A stretch of DNA of 64,000 nucleotides, taken from the NCBI GenBank assembly GCA_036172245.1, contig JAYWIR010000058.1, positions 434,001 to 498,000 of the forward strand, given 5' to 3'. Source of the stretch: Raillietiella orientalis. Taxonomy: Eukaryota. A program made the translations under genes and the position numbers. How positions within the stretch are numbered: the stretch's first letter is position 1; every line of letters begins with the position of its first letter. Below are positions 1 through 12,356 of the stretch, piece after piece. Below the pieces are notes generated by a model, which saw only the letters and a program-made list of their open reading frames with translations, was not told where the DNA came from and ran no database searches.

Positions 1-170
1 TTCAGTGGGTTCAGGAACCACGACATCACTATGTCCACGCGGCGTCTCCAGGGCATGTTCCTGTCATATTCCTCCTGGTAGGTCAGGAAGTGGCGGTTGA
101 GGGGATGTCCCATGCCGATCCACATCATGGAGCCGCTGGCGCGTCCCGGGTACGCCATCTCGTTCGACAC
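1..170 (-). CDS. ENPP4/5-like phosphodiesterase, coding exon 2 (runs off the window edge)
   Basis: CAG acceptor at 173-171, then VSNEMAYPGRASGSMMWIGMGHPLNRHFLTYQEEYDRNMPWRRRVDIVMSWFLNPL, the expected NPP continuation after PIW (W-x-G motif, RVDxVxxW helix). Phase 0 matches exon 1. Not present in the ORF track. Confidence 0.9.
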   Translation of the reverse strand, partial: MSNEMAYPGRASGSMMWIGMGHPLNRHFLTYQEEYDRNMPWRRRVDIVMSWFLNPL

Positions 171-1203
171 CTGAGTGGAAGCGGGACGCGTTAAGTTCGC
201 CGAGAGCATTCCTCTGTTCTGTCCCCCTACCCCACGCGCTTCGCGCGTCCGAAATCGCCCACGTTGCCGGAGCAGGAGGCGCGGAGGTGGAAGGTCGACT
301 GAGCGGCAACACACGCGCGTCCTCCAGACCTACCGTGACGTTCACCGGGCCAAGAACGGCACCGCCTACTGTAGCCATGCACGCATACCTGAGCACGGAC
401 ATTCCTCCCAGGCAGGACCTTTTTCCACTCACCCCCAGGTTCCTTCCGATCCCTACCCTTCTCTCCGCGCTCCTCTCTTCTGAACCTGCGACCTGGAGAG
501 GCGAATGGCCCCCGGCACTTGCACCGGGCGGTGTGATGCGAAAGGCCATGCATTACCGTCAGACTTGGGACTGCGGGACTTTCCTTTGCTCCCCCGAACC
601 ACCATCAAACAAGCGTGCGCGCGCCTCACTCCACCTCTCCAGCCTCCTCCCTGCTTTTTGCTTCCTTGCCCTTCTCCGCGTCCTGGGAAGGCAGCCTCCA
701 GCGGCAGCAATTGGTTCGGAAGGACAGTGAGGGTCGTCAAAAGGCTGCCGACTGCCCCTCCCGAGGGCCGAGGAACGAGAACATACCGGAGGAGCAACTC
801 TTATCCCCTCCTTCTCCTCCTATTCTTCCTTAAGAGGACGCCAGGAGTCCCCTGTTCCAACCTGGCACCGAAAGCGCGGGCCACCTTCGAAGGCAGGGTG
901 CGGGGAGTAATCGCCCGAACCGGAGATGTAGCTGATGTCATACTCCCACCTCCATCCGTCTCTCCTACGCAATGGCGTCAAGAAGGGCCACTCCGTTTGG
1001 GGTCGATTTCCACTAGATGGGAATCGTACCCAAGGCGAAGGGGGCAGAGGGCGAGGGGAGATAGATATCGCAGTGCCGCCTCCGCGAGAGGCGCTACACG
1101 GCCCAGGAGTTGGCCGTGCTCACAAGAAACATGCAGCAAAGGGCAGGGAGGAGTGCCTACCACCTCCCTTTTCTTTTCTTCACCCTGGTCTTCCCTATTT
1201 TAC

Positions 1204-1569
1204 CCAGATGGGAAAGATGCTGGAGTCGTAGGTGAAGAAATCCGAAGAGTTGATGTACAGTCTCTTCCTCGTGAGGGGGTCGTACATCATGTTGCTAACG
1301 ACACCGTGGTCCTCCGGGTACCTCCCGGTGACGATAGTGTAATGGTTGGGAAACGTCTTGGGCGGGAAGACGCTCCGGAGGCGGACGACGTGTGAGCCGT
1401 TGCCCATCAGAGACTGGATGTTCGGCAGCTCCGTCCGGTTGACGTAGTCGTGCCGAAAGCCGTCCATGGAGACAACGAGAAGCAGGGGGGACGAACGGGA
1501 GAAGCCCTGGGCATGCGCCGTTTCCGGCAGACCGAGAAGCCCCGGCAAGATGACCAGGATGGCTAACAT
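1204..1569 (-). CDS. ENPP4/5-like ectonucleotide pyrophosphatase/phosphodiesterase (alkaline phosphatase superfamily), coding exon 1
   Basis: ATG at 1569 gives MLAILVILPGLLGLPETAHA (signal-peptide-like), then LLVVSMDGFRHDY (metal-binding Asp) and FPPKTFPNHYTIVTGRYPEDHGVVSNMMYD (catalytic Thr motif of NPP enzymes), ending PIW at a phase-0 GT donor (1203). A TTTCAG acceptor at 1598-1603 lies just upstream of the ATG. Exact ENPP orthology cannot be assigned from this fragment. Confidence 0.93.
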
Positions 1570-2920
1570 CTCAGTGGGAGCCGAACCGTCTTGATCCCTG
1601 AAACAGCAGCAGATGTGGAGAGCAAGGAAGGATGAGCGAGAAGGACGCCTCTGCACCGACGCTGCAGGACTGCAGGCCACAGTCCCTCTCCATTTTCCCT
1701 TCCCCCCTCGGACACGTCCCCGGGGACCGAAAGGAACGTCGCGAGACCGCGAGCGAGTCAGCGGACGGCACTGACGGCAGGGCAACATGAAGCGCGGTTC
1801 CTTACGGTCGGTCGCGGGAGCGTCCGACCGTAAGGAAGGGGAGACGCTCTTTCTCCGGAAGCCGCGCCAATCGTGCCCGGAGCAGCATCCGCGTACGGCA
1901 CGTTGCTAGGGACTGGCCCAGAAGGTGGAGGTCGTCGCCTGATTTTCGCGCGCACCTAGCCGTACCAGCCGAGGGGCCGGAGGTTTTTCTGCAAAACCGC
2001 CTTCAGCACCATTCGGGAGGAGGGCGTACACACGCGCCAGGCCGCTGCTCACTTCCCGCGCGTGGGCGTGGGCGAACCGGCGTACGTCGCTCCGCTCCTC
2101 TCACTCTGGGAAGGGAGAGACACCCGAAGTTTCCCTCAGGCAAGAAAACGGCCCCACTATCTCTTCTTGAGCATTCGGTCCGATGACCCTTCCCACTCGC
2201 TGAGCGGACCTCTCTTCCCCCCTTCCTCCTCCATATTCTCTCCATCCCTGTGCTGTTGTCACGTTCGTGCAGGTTGGGCACGCTCGCTCTCGCAACCAAC
2301 GGTATGCTCCATAGCCCGTAGACATCCCCTGAAAGCGCATCGTTGAGGAGAGCACCTGGAAAGAGACGGCAGTCAGCACCCGGAGCGCAAGCTCCGAAGC
2401 GAGCAGATCTCTGAGATCGGGTGTTCCTTCAGGACTTCAAGGGCAGGGCACTCTGCAAATTCACGAGCTTGAAGGCAGGACCAGCCTGAAAGCCCAGAGG
2501 TTTTTTTTTTTTTTTTTTTTGATTTTACGTCGGCCCACAGATTCCAAACTACCCGCCACCGGGGAGCCCCCTGTAAGCGCTGTGAAGGAATAAAGGAATG
2601 GCACGATCACGGAATTGCAGTTGCAAGTGGATTGCTGTTCTTGGACCGGAGGAACATGGGCATTCCATGTCGGAGCATGCGCAATACCCTCAAGCATACA
2701 GTCGATGCAGATGAGTCTATTTGGAAATGAGTCCATTGTTTTGAAAGCAAATGTGTTTCAACGAAGCTATTAAATAGACTCATATGCGTTTCCTCTTTAC
2801 ACACATGGAATACGAATCCATCTAATGGATTAAAGGACGAAAATATAACGAAAATTTAAACATTTAAACGCACGGGACCCCATCGAGGGAAGATTATTCG
2901 AAAGCATTTCTTTCCAAGCA

Positions 2921-3010
2921 CTTACCTGAAAACGTGCGATTTCTACGACCCAGGTGCGTGTCTGCGGCAAGCTCTCGAACGCGCGATTGGCCGTTGCCGG
3001 GCGGAACTTA
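2921..3010 (-). promoter_or_regulatory. Candidate promoter and non-coding first exon of the ENPP-like gene
   Basis: Consensus minus-strand donor CAG|GTAAGT (exon end 2926), CCAAT on the minus strand at 2986-2990 and a GGGCGG box near 2999-3004 in a local CpG cluster; a matching acceptor exists at 1598-1603. Confidence 0.4.
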
Positions 3011-4211
3011 CTGCTCTCTTCCACTTGAGGCGCCAGCTTCTGGAAGATACTGATCGCCTTGTCGTGTCCTTAAGCCCCTTTATCGTGCTGGTGCCCCCAC
3101 TGCAAAGCTGCTATCGTCAGCCTCCCGCCGTTTTTTCTCCTTTGCTTTCCTTTCTTTCGTTTTGTGTCTTCGTCCACTCTCATGGTGGAAGTCTGATGTG
3201 TCGTGTGCGGCATAACAAACCGCAGTCGTTCGAAAAGCGAGCTGCCGCAGCGTCTCTCGCAGTTTTTGCTGTGTTCCTGCAAATGCATTCTGCTATGGTG
3301 AACTTGCTCAGCAATGGCAACAGCAGCAAAGGAGCATAGATCTTTTGTTCAGACTTCGCTTTGCCCTGTTCTCCTCCCCCTTTTCATTGCACACCGTACG
3401 ATGAAAGAAATACCGGTGCTGACGCGTTAGAAAAGTGAATCCTCAAGAATTGTGATGTTTCCGCAACCTTCAGCAAAACTTTTGAGTCTCGAAGTCACCT
3501 TTATATCTCGGTATTGGCAAGGAGTCGGAAAGCACCACGGTAATCGAACTGTGATTAAGAGTTGCATCAGCAGCCACATTTGTATTCGTTACTTCTCGTA
3601 TGACCTTGATATTCTGCTTTAGATGCTTCTCTATTAATGCTGTTTTTTTTGGGTGTGTTTGTGTGCTTTGGGTAAGCTGGAGAGTGGCTTGAATAGGGGA
3701 AATTTAAGAATGTCTCTTTTAAGTGAATTATACGAAAACGTCTCTTTAAACCCGAAACTGGGATAAAGGATACGGATATAAACATAAAATGCTCCGAACT
3801 TTCCTTGAATAAAACTCGCAGATGAACGCTCACTGAAAACGTAAGCTTTGGTTGTTTTGAGGAAATAAATCCCTGGAGCAGTTTTCCAGAAAGCGCAGAA
3901 CTCTTTACTTAGCTTGCCAACTATGTTGTCTGAGAGAACATCTGGAACCCTAACTACTGTTTGCATCTTCGTTCCAATTGAATTGACGTAATACGACCAT
4001 AAACTAGCATTTGTCAGCAAACAAGCACCATGGAGATACAATTGAGAAGTCATGAACCATTCTCTAAACCCACGACACAACCATTCTCGGCGTCGATCTT
4101 TTATTTTCATCAGGTCACGCCGGGACGTTTATTGTAAAAAAATATTTACAAAAAAATCAGTCATATAAAAGATAAAAACGTCTTTGTAGTGGCTTCTCAC
4201 CACACCACCAC

Positions 4212-4318
4212 TTTGAAGGGTTTGCCTCGGAGGCGATGCTTCTCATGAGCAGCTTCCCGATGAGGTCCAGGAGGAGTGGGGGAAGGGGTGAACAAAAAAA
4301 GAAACCCACAAAGTTCAG
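4212..4318 (+). repeat. 107-bp dispersed direct repeat, copy 1
   Basis: TTTGAAGGGTTTGCCTCGGAGGCGATGC...GAAACCCACAAAGTTCAG matches 7516-7622 with one substitution seen (GGGGTG vs GGGGTA). Confidence 0.95.
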
Positions 4319-7300
4319 TTTAAAAATGTTTGGGGGGGAAGGGAAGAGATCACAGATTTCTTCCTAGAGTCCTCAGCCGCCTCGGGAGAAGGGTGGCAAC
4401 TTCCTCCTTTTGTTGACATAGATGTGGCCATCTCGCCGCCTTGCTCAAGAAACAGAAGATTGCGACGAGGTCATCATCCGTTTGGTCTTGAGTCGATGTT
4501 TTACGGGTATGAGAACCCGCTTGGTGCCGCGAGCAGCAGCCGTAGCCACACGGTGGCCAATGCCAGGAAGAACAGTGGCCGACTGGCGGTAATAAGTCTG
4601 CAGTGAATGCATAAGCACGACGAAGGTGTTTAAGGAAACGACAGGGAGAAAGAAGAATGAGCTAGAAACAAGAGAATGATTATAAAACCAAATCTGGATA
4701 AATCCGGGCATTTCCGGGAATGACTAGATGATCGTTGTCTTTCTTTTTGTAAGGAAGAGTTGTTTTCCTTGCTTTCTCATCCCCGCTTGCAGTAGAAACG
4801 AGCGCTGCTGAACTGTGTACTAAAGGAAACATTTAGATCAGATCTCGCAGATCTTTGCATGCTCTGCTCAGGTGTATTTATCTTTCAGTTACACCAGCCT
4901 CTATCGGTACCATCAGCCAGCTGAGTACTTCTTCGACGGGAATGTCAAATTGATAAAAGTGTCACCTGAAATTTCCACGTCGATTTGAAGGAGAACCTAG
5001 AATTCCAAAAATCGACTTTCAAGTCTGCCACATTTGTGGCACAGAAATTAGTAATTATAATGTAAGGACCGTGTTTAACCGCGATGGCAATTGCTCTTTC
5101 CTCATCAGTTTTTCTTGTTTCTGTCTTGGTACATCAAAGAATAGAAGCTACAACATAGATGAAACAGCTTTCGCTTCTGTGTACATTTTCCTCATCCAAA
5201 CTGTCGCGTGTATTCGAAATCCGGGGGCACACACTTATCGTCCCAAAGGTGCTCCGTGCTGCGGATGGTTGAGAGCTTATTCAGTGGCTGTTCATAACGG
5301 CATCGCATTTCTGATGCGAAAGAGGGGCAGTGCGTTCTTTATTACATGTGCGTGAGCGCATGTTCTGGACTTCATTCTACATGCTGGTCATTCGGGATAG
5401 ATTTCGGCGCGAATTCCTTGTGACTGATGCAAGGCGCATGTTACTTATCCAGGAGGCCATTTCCCGATCGGCATTCGAATGCCAATTCTCTTGAAATGTC
5501 TTGCTCAAGATGCTAAGCAGTTGACCAGATTCCCTTGATATTTCTGCTTCCAGTTATTCCTTCCATATCTGGATGGCGTTCGCGAGTGATTGGCTGGGAT
5601 AGGGGAATCCTCTGGCGTTTCCAGGCATCGTCATTAATTGCGCATGAGAAAAAATGATTGATAGTAATTGAGATTTTTCATCAAGCCAGTGAAATCCAAA
5701 AAATTAATCCAGTATTTGAAAAATCCTTATCTGGACGCAGAGACTTCTACGAATCACGCGGACTGCACGAGTGCACAGTACGTGACTATTTGATTGCAAG
5801 CTCAGCATTGTCTCAAATGAAACCGAGGATGTAATTGGTCTCGGTCATGGCTTCCATGCCTACACAGAAGCCCTTGCACCCCATGCCGGAGCAAGTGCCA
5901 AGTATCCTGAAGGGTGGTTCTCCAATTCTCGATTCACATCACTCTCTTGGTCATGCTGCGTGCATTAATAAGATATTCTCTACCTCTACCTTCTTTCATT
6001 TACGAGAGACAGGCAGTTACCCAGTGAGATGAATTCTTCAACAACGCACCCCAGTTAATCCATATCCGTTCACATCGGCATCGTTTTTCTGATGCTGAAA
6101 GAAAGCAGAGAGTTCACCGTTCTAAAACAATGTTTCCGTCCAATTGGAAAAAGAGTGAACTGGCACCTTCCAGAAAAGTCACTAAACGGAAACGACGCTG
6201 CAACTTGATCTCTTGGTTTGGTTTTTAATTTGAAAAAACGAAATGAGATACAGTCGTTGAAAGCACGGAGAGCATCTTTGAGGAAAGAAATTCATTTTTG
6301 AAACCAGGCATCCCGTAAATGGATTTGGGAAAAGGGAGGATGTGATTTCGAAATTTGGATTGCTCCCCACAGCAAAAATGCACGCTTCGCTTTCGATTCC
6401 AATCCGAGCCATCCATATGAATGTGCTGAAAGAACGCAATCCACATTCGAATACGCGTTTGATTTGATGATTGTTGCTACAGAATGTCCTCATGTTGTTT
6501 ATTTTTTCTCTGAAGACCTGGATTTCAGAAAATTCTGAGAAGCATGTTTAAGCGAGAACAGATGGATTTTGTTTTTGTTTTTTTAAAAAAGAGGCTCTGA
6601 CATGTCTTTCTGTTGCTGTAGCTGTTCCGTGACCGACGAGGAGACATGTCATTCCAGTTCTCTCACCAGCTGAACCTCTGCTGTAAAGTCTCTGGTTTTG
6701 AAAATCTCAAATTGAAACGAGATTCAGGAATACCTCAAAATCACTTCGTTTCAACGAAGAGATCCATTCATTCCACACTTTGCCCGCCACTTTGGTTATC
6801 AAAAGAGCCCTTTCAGTCCAACTTGTACGCATTGAAACGAGGAATTTCAAACAAGACCAGAAAATTGCAAAAAAGAAGGGAATGGATTCAGAAGGCGATT
6901 CACTCGGAATGTTGTTTTTTCATGAACTAAATTGAATTTTCTTTTGCATCTGAGAAATGCGAAGTACTACACCAGTACTCGTTCGATTTGTCTTTGAACA
7001 TTTGTGCTTATGCAGGGGTAGCAACTGCAGTAGTCGGCAGGAAATGCTACAGATGCTGCCACCGTGACTCCGACAGAACCACAAACGGTTTGTTGGATGG
7101 GAAATTCCATCTCCATCCAGCGATCCAGTTGGATTTCACATCAAGTCACAAGTAGCACGTTGACTGTCGACTGGAATAACAGGAAATAAAAGAACAGTTG
7201 GTGGTTATACCTTGGTATTGTGTTCTCTCAACAAAGAGACATCAAATAAGATAATCTGTCGTCTCGGACATTCTTTAGAAAAAAAAAGAAAGGAAAAGAA

Positions 7301-7515
7301 ACTATCAGTGGTATATAGCAAAAAATGCTTGGCTCATATATTCAAGGGGAATGCCGTCTTTTCTATTTCTCACACTGCTTGAAAACTTTCTTCAAGTTTT
7401 TGTGAAGAGTTCTTGCTCTCAGAAGCTTGAAACAGATGCAGCGCCTTCATTTGCGTGCATACCTCACAGAGCATCGAAGTATCGACCAGATTCGCAAGAA
7501 TGCATTAAGTGAGCA

Positions 7516-7622
7516 TTTGAAGGGTTTGCCTCGGAGGCGATGCTTCTCATGAGCAGCTTCCCGATGAGGTCCAGGAGGAGTGGGGGAAGGGGTAAACAAA
7601 AAAAGAAACCCACAAAGTTCAG
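7516..7622 (+). repeat. 107-bp dispersed direct repeat, copy 2
   Basis: Near-identical to 4212-4318. Confidence 0.95.
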
Positions 7623-10600
7623 CATGGTGCTCTCTTGATTGATTCTTCCAGATTATCAAATGTTAATAAGATACGAACTAGTCTTACCTAAACGTTGACG
7701 TTCGGAGAGAAAAATGAAAAACATGACACAGAAAAAACTTATTTTAAAAATATGTTGTTCGATAACAAAGACAAGAGCACAGCGGAGGTCGGATTAGGAT
7801 GGCAAGACGAGCTGCAGTAAGTAGGAGAGTGGTTGCGATCGCAGCTTTGACATTTTTTCCTGAAGACCCGATTCGAAAAAGGAGTGGGCGGGTCGAGATG
7901 TTGCGTATCATATGTTACTTCTACAAATGTAGACTTGGTTTCAATATTTAGTGGCTCCTCCCTTGATATGTAAGAACATGTGGTCACTATCCTACAACTT
8001 CATAAGATTAATGATAGTAGAAAATGCCTCCTAAGCCCTTAGTCTATTGAAAAGCTGTATCTGCAGACACATGATCCGCCTGATTCAGTACAATAGGGCT
8101 GGTGCGATCGGCCTATGACTAACTCTGTTACTGAAGTATCTTTACATTTGGTCCAGGTGGGTATCAGTGCAGTGAACTGATTCACCAGAGACGCCCTGCG
8201 ACCACAGTCTCTTGCATTCCGGAAGGTTGCGTCCAAGGTTGAAGGCCCACATTGATAATGATAGCTTTTAGGAATGGATCCTTGTGAGGTGCAGTTCCAG
8301 AAGAAGTTTCTCGAAAGCTGCTAATGTAGGAGTAGAGCCATTTGCTGCATATGTGAAGGAAACTCTAAGCCCCTTCGTAGAACGTCCTCAATCTCTGAAA
8401 GTTATAGCGGCATCCTCAATATCTTCTCTTCTGACACAGTCCAAAGGTCTCGTTCGTAGATGCATCCGCGAGCTGCGTCCCGGTCCACTGACCTATGGGT
8501 TTTACGGTTCCCGCTATGTAGCAGGACACTTGTCATGCTGCGACTTGAAAACCTTCTTGCTGCAAAGCATTCAGGAATTCGTCAGAAGAATGGGAGATGC
8601 ATGTGTCATCCACAACAGTTCCGAAAGAGACTCTCTAGACATTTGATGAGCGTGAAAAGGCGAGCAATTTCAGTGTGCATTTGTGAAATAGGGTGCTCAT
8701 TCTTCAGCTGTTTGGAGAGCTAAACTGATCTTATCCTTTTGAAACGATTCGAGTCAAGAACTCGGCTGTGCTATTGGACAAATATGTGGGGAAAAACGAA
8801 ATCAAGGCCTATTTTATGTAAGAAAAGGAATACTGGCCCACCCTCTAGAGTTCGTTGACGGATTTCCTGCGGTGTCTTCTACCAGCCTATTGCGTTCACA
8901 TATTGGTTTGCTTCATTGCAATTTGATACTGTGCCTTTCAAAAACAGACCAGCCAAACACAAATCAGAGAATTGTAAATTAGTGAAGAAAGATCACACTT
9001 CTGTAGTGATGATGGAAATTCTGCAAATGGACTTTTTCGTTTGCTCTTGATTCTACATTGCATCCTTGAAAACAAGAATCGCAAAATTCTGATTACATTC
9101 TGAGTTAATCTTTCCAAGTATTTCAATTTCCTGAAGTTCATTTTTATAAAGAAATTATTTCTGTGAGCAGAAAGATTTTCCTCTGAATACAAAATGTTTC
9201 CTTCAACAATCTCAGTGTCACTCATAGATAGATGTTTTTACGAACCACAACAGTAATTTTATTCTTGAAACTGTCGAATCTTGGTCATTCCTTGAAGACC
9301 TCAACTGATGCAGCTTCCGTAGTCTCTGAAAAGGAGAACAATTTCCGATTCTTATGCACCTGCTTATTGGAGAAATACTGTGGTGGAAACCATATGCTAT
9401 GCCTTTGCATGATTACATTCAAGGTGGTTGGGTATTTACTCCTAGTGAAACAGTCATTAATCAGCAAGCATCAGCAGAGTGATCGATGAAGGTTTCTGAA
9501 GAGGGAAAGTATTCATTTTACTGCATTGTCAATTCAGAAGCGCAGGCTCTGGATGGTACTGGATTCCTAGATGTGAACTGTACTGTTGGTTGTAATCGTG
9601 TTGTTGAGGATTTCATGTATGCCAGGCATCCAGTTTACGAAATCGGATGCGTGAAGTGCAAGCCATGAAATGCTTGTTGAGCTTGTATTTGCCTTAATTA
9701 AGCATGGCGTGTATTTCAGCTGCAGCATTACTTTGTGTTCGCAGTCAAATTCATTCATGAACTCGAAAGCATCAGCTTACGAGAAAACAGGGAAAAAATT
9801 CTGCCTCATTACCAATGCCTTGGGACAGGATGGCGAAGATAAGGAAATGGGGAATGAATTGGGATCAAGGAGCTGTTGCAAAAGCTCCTTAATGTTCTCA
9901 CTTTTGTTTTTTCTACAAAGCGTGGAATACTTTTTTTGCCTACAGCCACATATTTTGCGACTTTCAATTGGTTCTTAAGTAACTGATTTATTTTCTTATT
10001 CATGGCTGAAAATATAAATGATTTTATTGATTTAGAATCCTATGGTTAAAATAATCATTTTGCTTTTTTTTCCTAAGGAGAATTCATATTGAGGTGTAGA
10101 TTAAGTGAAGCACTGTTGTTTTGCTTGTAATGATTTGAGATTAGATCTCAGAATGCAGAAAGTATGAAAGCTTAGTGGAGTCTTTAAGTTTTTTTTCTAT
10201 AATTCTACAATTGAAAAACTATGCAATTCTTTCTCCATCATTGCACTTGATGCTAGTTATCAGCTGGTAAAAAAAAAAACAAGTTTGTTTACTAGCATCT
10301 ACGTTTCTGTACATTTGTACCTTCATGTAAGTATCTTTGATGTTTAAGGATATTTTAAGTACCCATTATACTAGCAAAAAATGCATTAAAGCCTTTTGTC
10401 TACTAAGAGAGGTCTGTAGTGAAAAACAGGAACAGTAAGTTGTGGTTACTCAATCCATTCATATTTGTCACATCTTCAAGTTCTATTGAAAATTTAGGAA
10501 TTCTAAAAATTGTCATGTATATGATTATGCAAACCCGCAAATTTGCAGCATCAAAGCAGATGCAGATTAATTGAAGGTTGGGATAAGATTGTCTACAGAT

Positions 10601-11781
10601 ATTTTGTTATGATTGATGTCGTGAATGGATACTTCAACCATCAGTGAACATTTTTATGTGTGATTTTGCTGCTCATTTGTTGAGCCTTAAAGTCGACACC
10701 GATTTAGTTTGTCATCCCGGCTGCAATAAGACATTTGTTCAAGGCATTTTCTATTAATTGTCTCATATTGTTTTTTGTACACGTTAGAAATTAACAGTTA
10801 CTCTACAACAGTTATATTAACGATCTTGTTCTTATGCAGTTCGCAATTTGCAAGGGAAGTTGTAATTTATGGTAACAAATTCTATTGGTACCAAATACTC
10901 TGTACAAAGTCGTTTGTGTTGGATACCATCCGCTCCTTGGGGGTTGTCGTTTCGAATGCCCTAAATGAGTCGACACCAAGTACCTTTTATCTTTTTTTTT
11001 TCCGTTAACGAAACTGCATGATCCTGTTGTGGTTGTTGTTTCCAAAAGTGACAACACACGAGAAATACCGCAACATGTACAAAATGAAACGCTTCTGTGG
11101 AAACATGTAAACGTGTGCCTACTCATGTGGATGGGAGCCCCATAAACGTTATCTTATCTACATTCTCTAGTGAGGAGACGTAAAATACTGTGATCATATG
11201 GGTACACAATCATGTAGAATACGAATAAACTAAAAGTGTTTATAAAGTAAAGGACACGAAAACGAGGTTACTTGGATTCTTTTGTGTATTTGTCACGGAT
11301 TAAGATAATGTATTCTAGGTATCAGAAGTGCTACCTTCAACTTATTTAGACGTAAAACTATGTGAGCTACTCAATCTTAAACAAGCAAATTCTTGGTTAA
11401 AAATTTCACAAGGGATCTTGCAAGTTCTTCCTAATATTTCATGGAAAATTTACATTAAGTGTTACATATTATTTTTCAGGATCTAGATTGTGTCCAGGAT
11501 GAAAAAGTGATGATCTGGTATATTTTACCAGATTATCATCGTGAAGACAACAGAAAAATATATAATATGAAAGAAAGATGCTCATTCATAATGTGAAAAC
11601 AGAGGTCTCTGTATTTCACTTTGATCTGCCTTTCCAAATGTGTATGCATTTTCTTAGATCTCGGAGACACATACAATACTCCTCCCACACTCAGAATACT
11701 GAGGAAGGACAACAGTTGCTAAAAGTTTTGGGGATTTAGGTGACAAACGGATGCCATTTGTGATTCTATAGTATTCTGGAT

Positions 11782-12356
11782 TCATATTGTAGTACTTTCG
11801 GCCAAAAGCATTTCTGAAAAATAGATTTCCTCATACCAGTAGTATGTTTTATTCACAAAGTTGGCATCTAAGAGTCAGATTTCAAAAGTGACCTTTGTTC
11901 AATCTTTGGAATACTCACCAGTTTCCTTTGTGAGTGATTTCAAGATATTAGTTTTGTCCCTTTGCAATTCAGTAGGTTTGATGCCTTTTTCTAAAACTCT
12001 CACAGGGAATGATCATAATTCTTGATTAGTCTAAAAATTAGTAGTTGCTTTTAATGCCAGGAAAGTATTACATATTGCTAGTTTTGATTAGGTACTGATT
12101 CATACTAATCTCTTCAGTGAATGCTTGTTTTTGGCTTTCTTGGATGGAAGCGTTGAGAAGACAATTTTTCTGCATGCATACTGATTATTCAATTATTCGA
12201 TTGTAATGTAGTTTTAGCTACCTAGTAGTCAGCATCATATTTGGTTATATCAGCATTAAAAGAAGCTACCGCTTATTCGAGCTTTTTTTAGAGCAAAAAA
12301 TTCAATACCTTTGGTGAGTTCGTTAGCATCCACATTCTACCGAACCAATGACTTTC
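11782..12356 (-). CDS. Candidate small multi-exon gene of unknown function (about 82 aa)
   Basis: Phase-compatible GT-AG exons 12356-12309, 12169-12106, 11990-11919 and 11867-11782; ATG at 12335, TGA at 11784-11782; one intron is 51 nt like those of WDR18. No recognised homology. Confidence 0.3.

Noticed and set aside
505..1395. 296-aa plus-strand ORF
   Set aside because: Antisense to the ENPP exon and intron in GC-rich DNA; no recognisable domain.
1570..1788. N-terminal 73 aa of ORF 1195..1788 as part of the ENPP-like protein
   Set aside because: Low-complexity translation that crosses a TTTCAG acceptor; the signal peptide starts at ATG 1569.
12010..12130. WH2 actin-binding motif in the candidate micro-gene (AFTEEIKKGIKP)
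   Set aside because: Lacks the LKKT/V signature; resemblance too weak.
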